NCBI GenBank assembly: GCA_902764915.1
Contig: CACWXY010000067.1
Span: 1 to 45,066 of the forward strand
Length of the DNA: 45,066 nucleotides
Direction of reading: 5' to 3'
Source: an uncultured Eubacteriales bacterium
Lineage (GTDB): Bacteria; Bacillota; Clostridia; Christensenellales; Aristaeellaceae
The position numbers and the translations under genes are program-made. Position 1 is the first letter of the stretch. The number at the start of each line of letters is the position of its first letter. This document shows positions 1 through 7,199 of the stretch, piece by piece. The notes under the pieces were generated by a model. It was not told where the DNA came from, made no database searches, and saw only the letters and a list, made by a program, of their open reading frames with translations.

Positions 1-345
1 GTCCAGTAGTTCTCCATACGTATTCTCCTTCAGAAGTTCAGCTTTTTCGGCCTTCTGAATCATCCGATTTGTAATGATTGAAGTGATCGTGTTGACGAAT
101 TCATTGCCGATGACGGTATAATCGTTCTGCACACAGGTCTGATCCAGTTGCTCAGTGTTTTTATAGAAGTCGAACACAAGTTCAATTTTCCATCTGGCGT
201 GATAGCTGAGATAAGCAATCCTTGGTTCCATGTCCACATCTGACTCCAGGATGATCACTCCGAACAAATTTTCTTTCTTGTTGTAATCCTCGATGGAAAA
301 ATCATTCTTCTTTTTTGCTCGGTCTATGTAGTCAATTTCTTCCTT
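1..345 (-). mobile_element. IS4/IS1634-family transposase, C-terminal fragment. N-terminal catalytic part is missing at ~pos 350 and the 3' end runs off the window.
   Basis: The minus-strand translation reads ...EEIDYIDRAKKKNDFSIEDYNKKENLFGVIILESDVDMEPRIAYLSYHARWKIELVFDFYKNTEQLDQT.... It contains Y-x2-R-x3-E-x6-K (YHARWKIELVFDFYK), the YREK signature of IS4-family DDE transposases. No upstream D-D region is present; an XRE gene occupies that space. Confidence 0.5.
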
Positions 346-359
346 ACCGGCTTTTTTTG

Positions 360-640
360 CAGCGGTTTTTGCGTACCCTCTGCGTACCCCTCGTGCGTAC
401 CCTTGGGGGTACGCAAAAGGGTACGCAAAAAAATCCGACAAGCGTTGATTCATAACGCCTACCGGATTTTTGAGTGGTGACAGTTGGACTCGAACCAACG
501 ACCCCTTCGATGTGAACGGAGTGCTCTCACTATGTGGTTGAAACATCAAACCGTTTTGGAGAGCCGCTGAAGCCGTTGATTTCAAAGGGGCTGCGGGTTG
601 TAGGGGTACGCAAATTCCCCTCAAAAAGGTACGCATTTGG
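360..640. repeat. Cluster of about seven GTACGCA / TGCGTAC heptamer repeats (3x TGCGTACCC, 2x GTACGCAAAA, then GTACGCAAATT, GTACGCATTTGG).
   Basis: Seen directly in the sequence: gcgtaccctctgcgtacccctcgtgcgtacccttgggggtacgcaaaagggtacgcaaaaaaa at 365–430 and ggggtacgcaaattcccctcaaaaaggtacgcatttgg at 601–640. Confidence 0.6.
475..527 (-). repeat. tRNA 3'-half-like fragment, copy 1 (discriminator, acceptor 3' strand, T-arm GGTTCGAGTCC, variable region, anticodon-arm remnant). No CCA and no 5' half.
   Basis: A 53-nt segment, tggtgacagttggactcgaaccaacgacccc(t)tcgatgtgaa...gtgctct, is nearly identical to 3862–3914. The reverse complement gives a canonical T stem-loop: GTTGG-TTCGAGT-CCAAC. Confidence 0.55.
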
Positions 641-668
641 TTGAACGTGCTCCGTTGCCCGACCATTC

Positions 669-694
669 CGTTCACATCTCGTCGATGTGAACGG
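669..694. promoter_or_regulatory. Perfect 11-bp inverted repeat CCGTTCACATC-n5-GATGTGAACGG, a candidate protein-binding palindrome. Two direct GTTGGACATAACA-GTTGC repeats follow at 727–770.
   Basis: Seen directly in the sequence. The half-site CGATGTGAACG recurs at 508, 683, 706, 3641 (reverse complement) and 3759. Confidence 0.5.
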
Positions 695-856
695 GTTGCT
701 TGCATCGATGTGAACGATTTGCTTGCGTTGGACATAACAGGTTGCCTTCGTTGGACATAACAAGTTGCTGACAATCGCCGAGTGGCATTTGCGGGCTTAA
801 CTTCCGGTTTTCCGGGGTATCATCTGCTCTTCAAACAGAGAATTCCCCGAGCAGAC

Positions 857-1462
857 TCATCTGACGATTATGTGTTTGCACATTCCGGTTTTTCCGCAGA
901 CTGGGCAGGTCAGTCTGCGTTTTGTAAACGTGTGATATGCTTTCACATAATCCTTCATTTCAGGAACAAACAGATGTCCGCAGTCCGGGCATTGAAAGTG
1001 TCCCGCATTCACATCCAGCGTAGCTGCTGCACTAATCCCGGCAGCTGCCGTAATGACAGCAATGACAATAAGCATGATCCTTATTACCGTGGGCATTTCA
1101 ATATATGCTGCGATGATAATGAGCGCGCATACCGCAATGATTGTGATAATCCCGCATACAATCGACTGGTACAGTCTTTTTTTGTTCTCTTTGTTTTCCT
1201 GCACAAGATTCATGATGGTAACCTCCGCTTTCTTTTTATAGTCGGCATCGGTCAGTTTCTCTCCTGTCAGCAGCTCGTTTACACTGATTTCAAGGGTTTC
1301 GCAAAGAGGAAGCATCAAAGAAACATCGGGCAAGCCCGCGCCGCGTTCCCATTTGCTGACCGTTTTATCACTTATGCCGAGACGATCAGCAAGCATCATT
1401 TGTGTGAGCCCTTTTTCTTTTCGTAGAGAAGCAATAAACTTTCCTATTTTGATCTGGTCCAT
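857..1462 (-). CDS. XRE-family HTH transcriptional regulator with a transmembrane segment and a C-terminal CxxC...CxxC zinc ribbon.
   Basis: The N-terminus reads MDQIKIGKFIASLRKEKGLTQMMLADRLGISDKTVSKWERG, a classic HTH_3 motif. A hydrophobic stretch, IVCGIITIIAVCALIIIAAY, follows. The C-terminus has HFQCPDCG...LTCPVCGKTG. The RBS is aaaaggagg before the ATG. Confidence 0.75.
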   Translation of the reverse strand: MDQIKIGKFIASLRKEKGLTQMMLADRLGISDKTVSKWERGAGLPDVSLMLPLCETLEISVNELLTGEKLTDADYKKKAEVTIMNLVQENKENKKRLYQSIVCGIITIIAVCALIIIAAYIEMPTVIRIMLIVIAVITAAAGISAAATLDVNAGHFQCPDCGHLFVPEMKDYVKAYHTFTKRRLTCPVCGKTGMCKHIIVR

Positions 1463-1615
1463 GATCCATGCCTCCTTTTACGAATGATACTATCATCTCT
1501 TATTTTTTCTTACACTCATGGACCGTAGAGTCGGTTGACTTTTCCTCGACGGACCGTAGAGTTAAGAAAATCCTGATTGTCGTTGCTTCAGTAAATTCAA
1601 ATTTATGGATCAGCT

Positions 1616-2095
1616 TCACAATTTCAGTACGGCAACAATTTCATCGCCATCCATTTCGCCAGTCTCCACGAATCCGAAGGAGGAGTACAGCTTTTTTGCA
1701 ATCTCATTCTCTGGTTCATAGGAGATCCAGCACAGATCCGCCTTACCACAGGGCCATGTTCTAATGAAATCGAGTGCGAGTTTCAGCGCGTCCTTGCCGT
1801 AACCCTTGCCTTGAAAACGTTTGTCGATCATAAAACGCCAGATCTCATAATTGTCCTTCTCTACGCTCACCCCATCCTGATCCGCGTTCTCACCATAACC
1901 AATTTGGATGAAGCCAACGAGCTTTTTGTCGTTGTAAATGGCGAAGGGAAAGACCTGGCCGCCGCTTATCATCGTAATGTAGGCTTCAGCAATGCTGTAA
2001 CAATTACTCGCCACAAAGCCGTACTGATCCTTTTTTACTTTGAGTTCAAAGACATCGTCAAAGTTTTCGTAAGTAAGCTTTTCAAGATGTATCAT
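1616..2095 (-). CDS. GNAT-family N-acetyltransferase (diamine/spermidine acetyltransferase-like).
   Basis: The protein reads MIHLEKLTYENFDDVFELKV ... RFQGKGYGKDALKLALDFI. The Q/RxxGxG/A acetyl-CoA binding motif is present. The RBS aaggaga sits 9 nt upstream of MIHLEKL. The ORF-track start at 2131 is likely too long. Confidence 0.8.
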   Translation of the reverse strand: MIHLEKLTYENFDDVFELKVKKDQYGFVASNCYSIAEAYITMISGGQVFPFAIYNDKKLVGFIQIGYGENADQDGVSVEKDNYEIWRFMIDKRFQGKGYGKDALKLALDFIRTWPCGKADLCWISYEPENEIAKKLYSSFGFVETGEMDGDEIVAVLKL

Positions 2096-2140
2096 ATTAA
2101 AACCCCCATCTCCTTCGGTCGGCCTGAACAATTTTGGACT

Positions 2141-2860
2141 TTAAACATCATATTTTTTCAATAACATATCGAGGGCTTCGCGCAGAAGGATCGCTTCGCC
2201 GATGCCTTCTTTTTTCGCAAGCTTGGCCAGGCGCTGGAGCTGGTCCTGGGTGTAGTGGCTGGTCTTGGGAACCATTTTTTCCTCCTTAGCCATGGCGACT
2301 TTGTTCCGGCCGCTGATCTTGGCCCGGTAGAGGGCACTGTCCGCCTTCCGGATCAGCTCGGCGCAGCGGGAGGCGTCCATAAAGGCGGTGGCCATGCCGA
2401 TGGTCATGCTCTGGCGGACACCATCCGGCGTTGTGACGTTGTAATTGCTCCGCACTTCGTTCAGGAGCAGGAAGATTTCTTCTCTTTCCATGGCACCGCG
2501 GAAGATGATGCCGAATTCATCCCCGCCGATGCGGTAGATCTTCGCTTCCGCGGGCAGGCTTTCCTTCAGGTAGGTGCCGGCGGCAATCAGGATCCGGTCT
2601 CCTTCCTCGCGCCCGAAGTCCTTGTTAATGTGGTCGAATTCGTCACAGTCGGTCAGGGCGATGACGACGGTTTCCCCCGCGGCTTCCGGATCGGAGGCCA
2701 GGATCTCCGTCAGGTCCTTCTCAAACTGATCCCCGCCGGGGAACTGCAGTGCGTCATTGACTGAGCTGATTTTCTTTTCCGCATGGATACGGGCAAGGGT
2801 CATGTGGTCTTCCACGGTAACCGGGTGAAAGTTTTCCGCTGCTTTCTTCTGGGATGACAT
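2141..2860 (-). CDS. GGDEF-domain diguanylate cyclase with a short C-terminal helical tail.
   Basis: The GGDEF motif is present in RIGGDEFGIIF. An RxxD-like region lies upstream. The RBS is aggagg before MSSQKK. Confidence 0.85.
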   Translation of the reverse strand: MSSQKKAAENFHPVTVEDHMTLARIHAEKKISSVNDALQFPGGDQFEKDLTEILASDPEAAGETVVIALTDCDEFDHINKDFGREEGDRILIAAGTYLKESLPAEAKIYRIGGDEFGIIFRGAMEREEIFLLLNEVRSNYNVTTPDGVRQSMTIGMATAFMDASRCAELIRKADSALYRAKISGRNKVAMAKEEKMVPKTSHYTQDQLQRLAKLAKKEGIGEAILLREALDMLLKKYDV

Positions 2861-3290
2861 CTTCTTTTCCTCCTCGTATTTATTGATATTATTCCACAGA
2901 TATTATCTGGCGACGCATATTATATAACACATCATTTTTTATATGTCAATACTTATAAAAATAATTTTTAGAATATTATTTTAGAAATAATATCATAATA
3001 CAAAAAACGGACCGGCGGATTCCCTTTACGCTGCAAATTCCGAAAAAACGGAACGTTTATTCCGCACCAGCGGTGCGCTCAGTACGTTTGAAACGGTGCA
3101 AGCATGACTTTCCCCTACGGCCTGCGGCATCGGGAGAAAAGGGGGTGCCCACCGCGGCAGGGGGAAGGGGGGAAAGCCCTTCCCCCGAGAGCGGTCTGCT
3201 GGGAATCAACCCGCTGGGAGATGAGCTCAACCTCGCATACTGCGGCCGTTCATCGACTATGCCCATAAAGAGAATTTCCAGTGGATTTCA

Positions 3291-3605
3291 GTGATCCGCC
3301 TGCCGGATTTTGTGACCAAAGCGGATTTTGACTGGGCTGTTGATGAGGCCACAAAGAAAAAGAAAACTGATTTCTCCAAGGTTGAATATATGGCTTATGA
3401 TGAAGGCCTTTGCGTGCAGTGTATGCATATCGGTTCCTACGACGATGAACCGAAGACCGTAGCATTGATGCACGAGTATCTTAAGCAGCAAGGCTATGCG
3501 TTGGATATCACAGACCGGCGGCTTCATCATGAGATCTACCTGAGCGATGCCAGAAAAGTTGCTCCGGCGAAACTAAAAACGGTGATACGGCATCCGATCA
3601 GATAA
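3291..3605 (+). pseudogene. 5'-truncated gene fragment resembling the C-terminal half of a GyrI-like / AraC effector-binding domain protein.
   Basis: The translation ends ...HHEIYLSDARKVAPAKLKTVIRHPIR, typical of GyrI-like domain C-termini. The in-frame ORF opens only at ~3225 with no ATG and no SD. Upstream is an unrelated GC-rich hairpin region. Confidence 0.4.
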
Positions 3606-3819
3606 ATCGGAAACTTCCAGAACAAGTAATTCCACCACTTCGTTCACATCGATTCTACCACTTCGTCAACATCGACAAGTATAGACGAAGTGGGGAATCA
3701 CTTTTGCCGCATAAAAAATGCACTCGCACACCCTGAATTGTCTAATGTACGGATTTCTCGATGTGAACGAGTCGCCGGGGGAAACTAGCGACACGAGTTA
3801 AACCGCGACATCCGGAAAT

Positions 3820-3858
3820 AAGAAAATCCCTTGCAAGCGTTATCCTGCAAGGGATTTT
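3820..3858. terminator. Bidirectional rho-independent terminator hairpin (10-bp stem CCCTTGCAAG / CTTGCAAGGG) flanked by T/A runs.
   Basis: The sequence is aaaatcccttgcaagcgttatcctgcaagggatttttgg. It lies immediately 3' of the minus-strand tRNA-like element. Confidence 0.6.
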
Positions 3859-3934
3859 TGGTGGTGACAGTTGGACTCGAACCAACGACCCCATCGATGT
3901 GAAAGATGTGCTCTACCAACTGAGCCAACAGATC
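3859..3934 (-). pseudogene. tRNA-like pseudogene / copy 2 of the tRNA 3' segment.
   Basis: - The reverse complement folds as a tRNA from the D-arm onwards: D-arm GCTCAGTTGGTAGAGC, anticodon loop TTCACAT (anticodon CAC), a normal T-arm, and encoded ACCA.
- The 7 nt where the 5' acceptor strand should be (GATCTGT) do not pair with the 3' strand TGTCACC.
- It shares 53 nt with 475–527. Confidence 0.5.
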
Positions 3935-4002
3935 ATACACTTTCCGTAACAGTTACCAGCGTGTTCTGCTTAGGAGGTAAAGTTTGCGAAAGACTTATGT
4001 TA

Positions 4003-4110
4003 GGTGTTCACTTGCCGAAAAGTGTTGATTCTACTGGGTTTCCATTCTTCCTGCCCCACCGGCCGGGTGTTCGCAGTATGGGTGTTCATTGGGTGTTCAT
4101 GGGTGTTCAC
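4003..4110. repeat. Five direct copies of GGGTGTTCA, three of them in tandem at 4080–4109.
   Basis: The sequence reads taggtgttcac ... ccgggtgttcgc ... tgggtgttcattgggtgttcatgggtgttcacgg. Confidence 0.55.
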
Positions 4111-4346
4111 GGCTCAGCGGGTTTTCAAGAAAATTCTTGGTGCAGTGGGTTATTGCCCAGTTTTAATGCATAAGCCGGAATGGAACCTACACATAGCATT
4201 GAGCTGCCAGAAACGTGATTTTTACTATCACACTGCCCAGTATTAGTTTTAGGAACACGATAATTCGTGCTCCTCTATAGCTCAAATAGTAGAAGGATTC
4301 AACCAAGACTTTGAGCTCGGTTCCTCCTCGATTTCGTCTTCTTTTC

Positions 4347-5234
4347 TCACTTTCTGTTTTTGAACGCGGATACCAGCGCAGCCACGTCCCATACAATCAG
4401 CACGGCGATTACCGCGGCAAATCCGCCTGGCGACAGCTCGATGGTCCTAAACAGCGTCATATACCCACGGCCGGAGGAATAGACGCTGGCGCCGTACAGG
4501 CCGATTATGACCGTAAAAATGATGCTGATGACCGCGTGGGTCATATTGCCTTTGCTGACCCGTTCCGCCTGCTCCTCCCGGGCATACGCTGCCTGCTGTT
4601 CCGCGGCTTCCTTTTCTTGCTTTCGCGCCGCCATGGCCTTCTGTTCTTCCTCGGTCAGGGGCATGCCGCTCTCTATGCGTTTGGCCAGGGCCTCGTCCTT
4701 TTCCCGTTCGGCCCGGCGTCCGGTCTCGGCTTCGGCTTTCAGGACGGAAGCGGATCGGGCGCAGCGGTTGATCTTTTTCGCCATGACAGCCAGCGCAAGC
4801 AGCCCCAGGAAGGGGAAGAACAGCGCAAAAATGGGCAGGAACATACGGCCCGGACTCAACTCAAATCGCGCCTTGAACACCAGAACGCATCCCGCGATCA
4901 GGGAAATGAGCCAGCCCGTGAACACCACGAAGATGCCCAGACCGTTTAATGTGCTGCTGGGATGCACGCCGGCGCAGATTGCGATACCCCCGATCATCAG
5001 CAAGTAGCCGATCAGAACGGCGATCCAGTTCCCTTTGGGGCTTGTGCCCTTTTCCCGGCTGCAGTCCTCGCAGGCGTGAAGGCAGAATTCGCCCGGATAA
5101 GTCACGTCACGTACACCCGTATATGGCTTTACGGTCACCGTATCCTTTCCCGCCTGGGGGATAAACCAGACGGTGGTGCATTCCTTTTCTCTGCCGCAGA
5201 TGCTGCAAAACCGGTTGTTGATGTATTTTGCCAT
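4347..5234 (-). CDS. Membrane protein with an N-terminal CxxC...CxxC zinc ribbon, 4–5 TM helices and a charged Lys/Glu/Ala-rich linker.
   Basis: The protein reads MAKYINNRFCSICGREKECTTV...CLHACEDCS and has several hydrophobic helices. The RBS is gagagg before the ATG. Confidence 0.6.
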   Translation of the reverse strand: MAKYINNRFCSICGREKECTTVWFIPQAGKDTVTVKPYTGVRDVTYPGEFCLHACEDCSREKGTSPKGNWIAVLIGYLLMIGGIAICAGVHPSSTLNGLGIFVVFTGWLISLIAGCVLVFKARFELSPGRMFLPIFALFFPFLGLLALAVMAKKINRCARSASVLKAEAETGRRAEREKDEALAKRIESGMPLTEEEQKAMAARKQEKEAAEQQAAYAREEQAERVSKGNMTHAVISIIFTVIIGLYGASVYSSGRGYMTLFRTIELSPGGFAAVIAVLIVWDVAALVSAFKNRK

Positions 5235-5500
5235 CGAAAGTCACATCCTCTCATTCATTGATTTGAGACCATTCACCGGCATCTGCCCGTTTCAGGAGCT
5301 CTTCCTGGCCGTTGAAATGAAGGATCAGCGTATCGCCCTCGATCCGGAAGCTTCCCTCAAGCAGCTGCCCCTGGGCCCTGATCTGCAGCAGATCCAGCTT
5401 CCTACCCAATGCCTGAAAGATGAGGCTTGCGGAATACAGGCTTTCACCGTCCCAAATGGCCGTCGTCGGGCGGTATCCCTCCTGATTGTTTGTCAGAAGT

Positions 5501-6127
5501 CTATCTATCGATCACCGGCAGCTTTTCCGGGTCGTTGGGCTCACCCGCCAGATGCTCCCGGAACCAGGCTGCGTCCTTGCGATCGTCGATGAGTGCGCCG
5601 ACCCTGTACAGTATGAGTCCCAGCACGGCCACGCCCAGCAGCGCGCAGGGCACCGCCGGAGGGATGCCCACGCCCTGGGCAAAGAGGAAGAAGAACGTAA
5701 AGAAGGCACTGATAAAGCCCAGCGCGCCTGCGATCAGGCCGACCACGCCAATGGGCTCCATGTGTCCGACCTTGATGCCGGGCCTCGTCCCGGGATTCCA
5801 CATCTGCTTCCTGCCGCAGTGCGCGCATTCGCTGTTCAACGCGATTCGACACAGCTTTTTATCGGTCGCAGCCTTGCCTTCGGCCAGCCTCTGACGATAC
5901 CTTTCGATTTCCCGGTTCTTCGCCCGGACTTCCTTTCCCACCTGCCTGTCGTGCTGGCGGTCAGCGGCCTCCTGAACCGCGCCGATGTCCCGCGCGCTGC
6001 CGTGAGCCTTCACGCTCACGAGGATCTCATAGGATTTCTGATTGACTTCGCCACAATAGTTGCAGGTGAAGTGGTAAGGAATGGGCTGCTTGTAGCCCTG
6101 CTCGATGTTCGCGACGTATCTCGCCAT
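5501..6127 (-). CDS. Zinc-ribbon membrane protein, a paralogous architecture to 4347..5234.
   Basis: The protein reads MARYVANIEQGYKQPIPYHFTCNYCGEVNQ ... ECAHCGRKQ, with two C-terminal TM helices. The RBS aaggagg lies 7 nt upstream. The ORF-track start at 6175 is likely too long. Confidence 0.6.
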   Translation of the reverse strand: MARYVANIEQGYKQPIPYHFTCNYCGEVNQKSYEILVSVKAHGSARDIGAVQEAADRQHDRQVGKEVRAKNREIERYRQRLAEGKAATDKKLCRIALNSECAHCGRKQMWNPGTRPGIKVGHMEPIGVVGLIAGALGFISAFFTFFFLFAQGVGIPPAVPCALLGVAVLGLILYRVGALIDDRKDAAWFREHLAGEPNDPEKLPVIDR

Positions 6128-6298
6128 GGTAATTGCCTCCTTTATACCGTCACGGGCACAAGACCCACGCCGCACACCGGGCAGAGTCCCGTTTCATCGT
6201 AATAGTAATCCGCGATCTTTTCATGGGTATCTCTCCTTGTCGATAGACGGGCATTACTTGTCGATAATCGACGCATTTCAATGACAGCATGAGGCAGG

Positions 6299-6946
6299 CT
6301 ACCGCTTCCGAACCAACTTGCGCGATTCTTCTGGAATCGCTGCTGCCATGACAATGAGCTGTGCCCGCAGTTCATCGCCCGGCTCGAAGTTCTGCCGCGC
6401 CGAGCTGAGATCCCCCTGCGCGGCCAATCGCGCCGGGACGCAGAAATACCCTGCGTAGCCTGCGCCCGTCTCGCCTAGCTCCGCCTTCCGGGCGGCGATC
6501 TCGGCGTCAAACACCTTTTCGTCCAAAGCCTTCTTGATGTAGGGTTCCAACGCCTCGAAGGAAGCGATGGACGCGATCTCCGGAGCCGCCTTGGCGCTCT
6601 TCACGGTGAGGTAGACGCCACCAATCAGCGCTGCGACTGCGCACACCAGAATGAGGTAATTGGGGCTCTCCTCCGGATTTTTCAGGATGAAGGTCAACGC
6701 GGCGGCAATTGCGCCAATGACGATCAGTGCGATGCCGAATGCCGGAGAGGCGCTGAACTCCAGGCTGTCCTTGATCTCCCTGCCCGTGATGGAGGCGTCC
6801 ACAGGGTCCTTCAGAAAGCGCTTGATGTAGACTCGATTGCCGTTGCGCGTCTCCTCCTTTCGGGCGACGACATAGGTCTCGCCCCAGACGGCGTCGTTCG
6901 GCACGTTCTCCCGCACCCACGCGGGCAGCTTGTCCTGCTTACTCAT
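6299..6946 (-). CDS. Hypothetical membrane protein: N-terminal soluble domain, 2 TM helices and a C-terminal coiled segment.
   Basis: The protein reads MSKQDKLPAWVRENVPNDAVWGETYVVARKEE.... The RBS aaggagg precedes the ATG at 6946. The upstream part of the listed 313-aa ORF has no coding character. Confidence 0.55.
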   Translation of the reverse strand: MSKQDKLPAWVRENVPNDAVWGETYVVARKEETRNGNRVYIKRFLKDPVDASITGREIKDSLEFSASPAFGIALIVIGAIAAALTFILKNPEESPNYLILVCAVAALIGGVYLTVKSAKAAPEIASIASFEALEPYIKKALDEKVFDAEIAARKAELGETGAGYAGYFCVPARLAAQGDLSSARQNFEPGDELRAQLIVMAAAIPEESRKLVRKR

Positions 6947-7199
6947 AAACAATCCTCCTTTTGATCCTATCGTTCCTTTGGGTGGCCTCAAAAAAACTGT
7001 TCCTGCATCCGATGGTACTGCTTCACTCCCCCGATCCCATGTGGATGCGATCCAGGCCGTAGGGGGACATATCGGCGTAGACGGCATCGTTGAGCACGCT
7101 CCTGAAGCGTTTCTCCAGCAATGCCGGGTCGCAGTAAGCCGATTTGGAACGCTTGCTGACGAATACGGACGCCAGCGTGATCCAGTCCATACCGGCTGA

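Noticed and set aside
530-1426. ORFs 530..763(-) and 782..1426(+)
   Set aside because: The first lies in the repeat-rich non-coding region. The second is the antisense of the XRE regulator gene. Neither is coding-like.
3057-3290. c-di-GMP (GEMM) riboswitch next to the GGDEF gene
   Set aside because: I see no recognisable GEMM-I/II consensus helices by eye, and the orientation relative to flanking genes does not fit a 5' leader.
3859-3934. Functional tRNA-Val(CAC) gene
   Set aside because: The D-arm, anticodon arm, T-arm and CCA are all present. But the 7 nt preceding the D-arm (GATCTGT) cannot pair with the 3' acceptor strand TGTCACC (1 of 7 pairs). The anticodon stem also has a mismatch. 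I therefore called it a pseudogene or att remnant.
5240-5500. Minus-strand gene between the two zinc-ribbon membrane genes (the AGGAGGG sequence after the upstream stop)
   Set aside because: A ~95-codon open frame exists (…AIWDGESLYSASLIFQALGRKLDLLQIRAQGQLLEGSFRIEGDTLILHFNGQEELLKRADAGEWSQINE). But there is no ATG or GTG at sensible spacing from the SD-like sequence. The only plausible start (TTG) gives 53 aa. It is left as uncertain.
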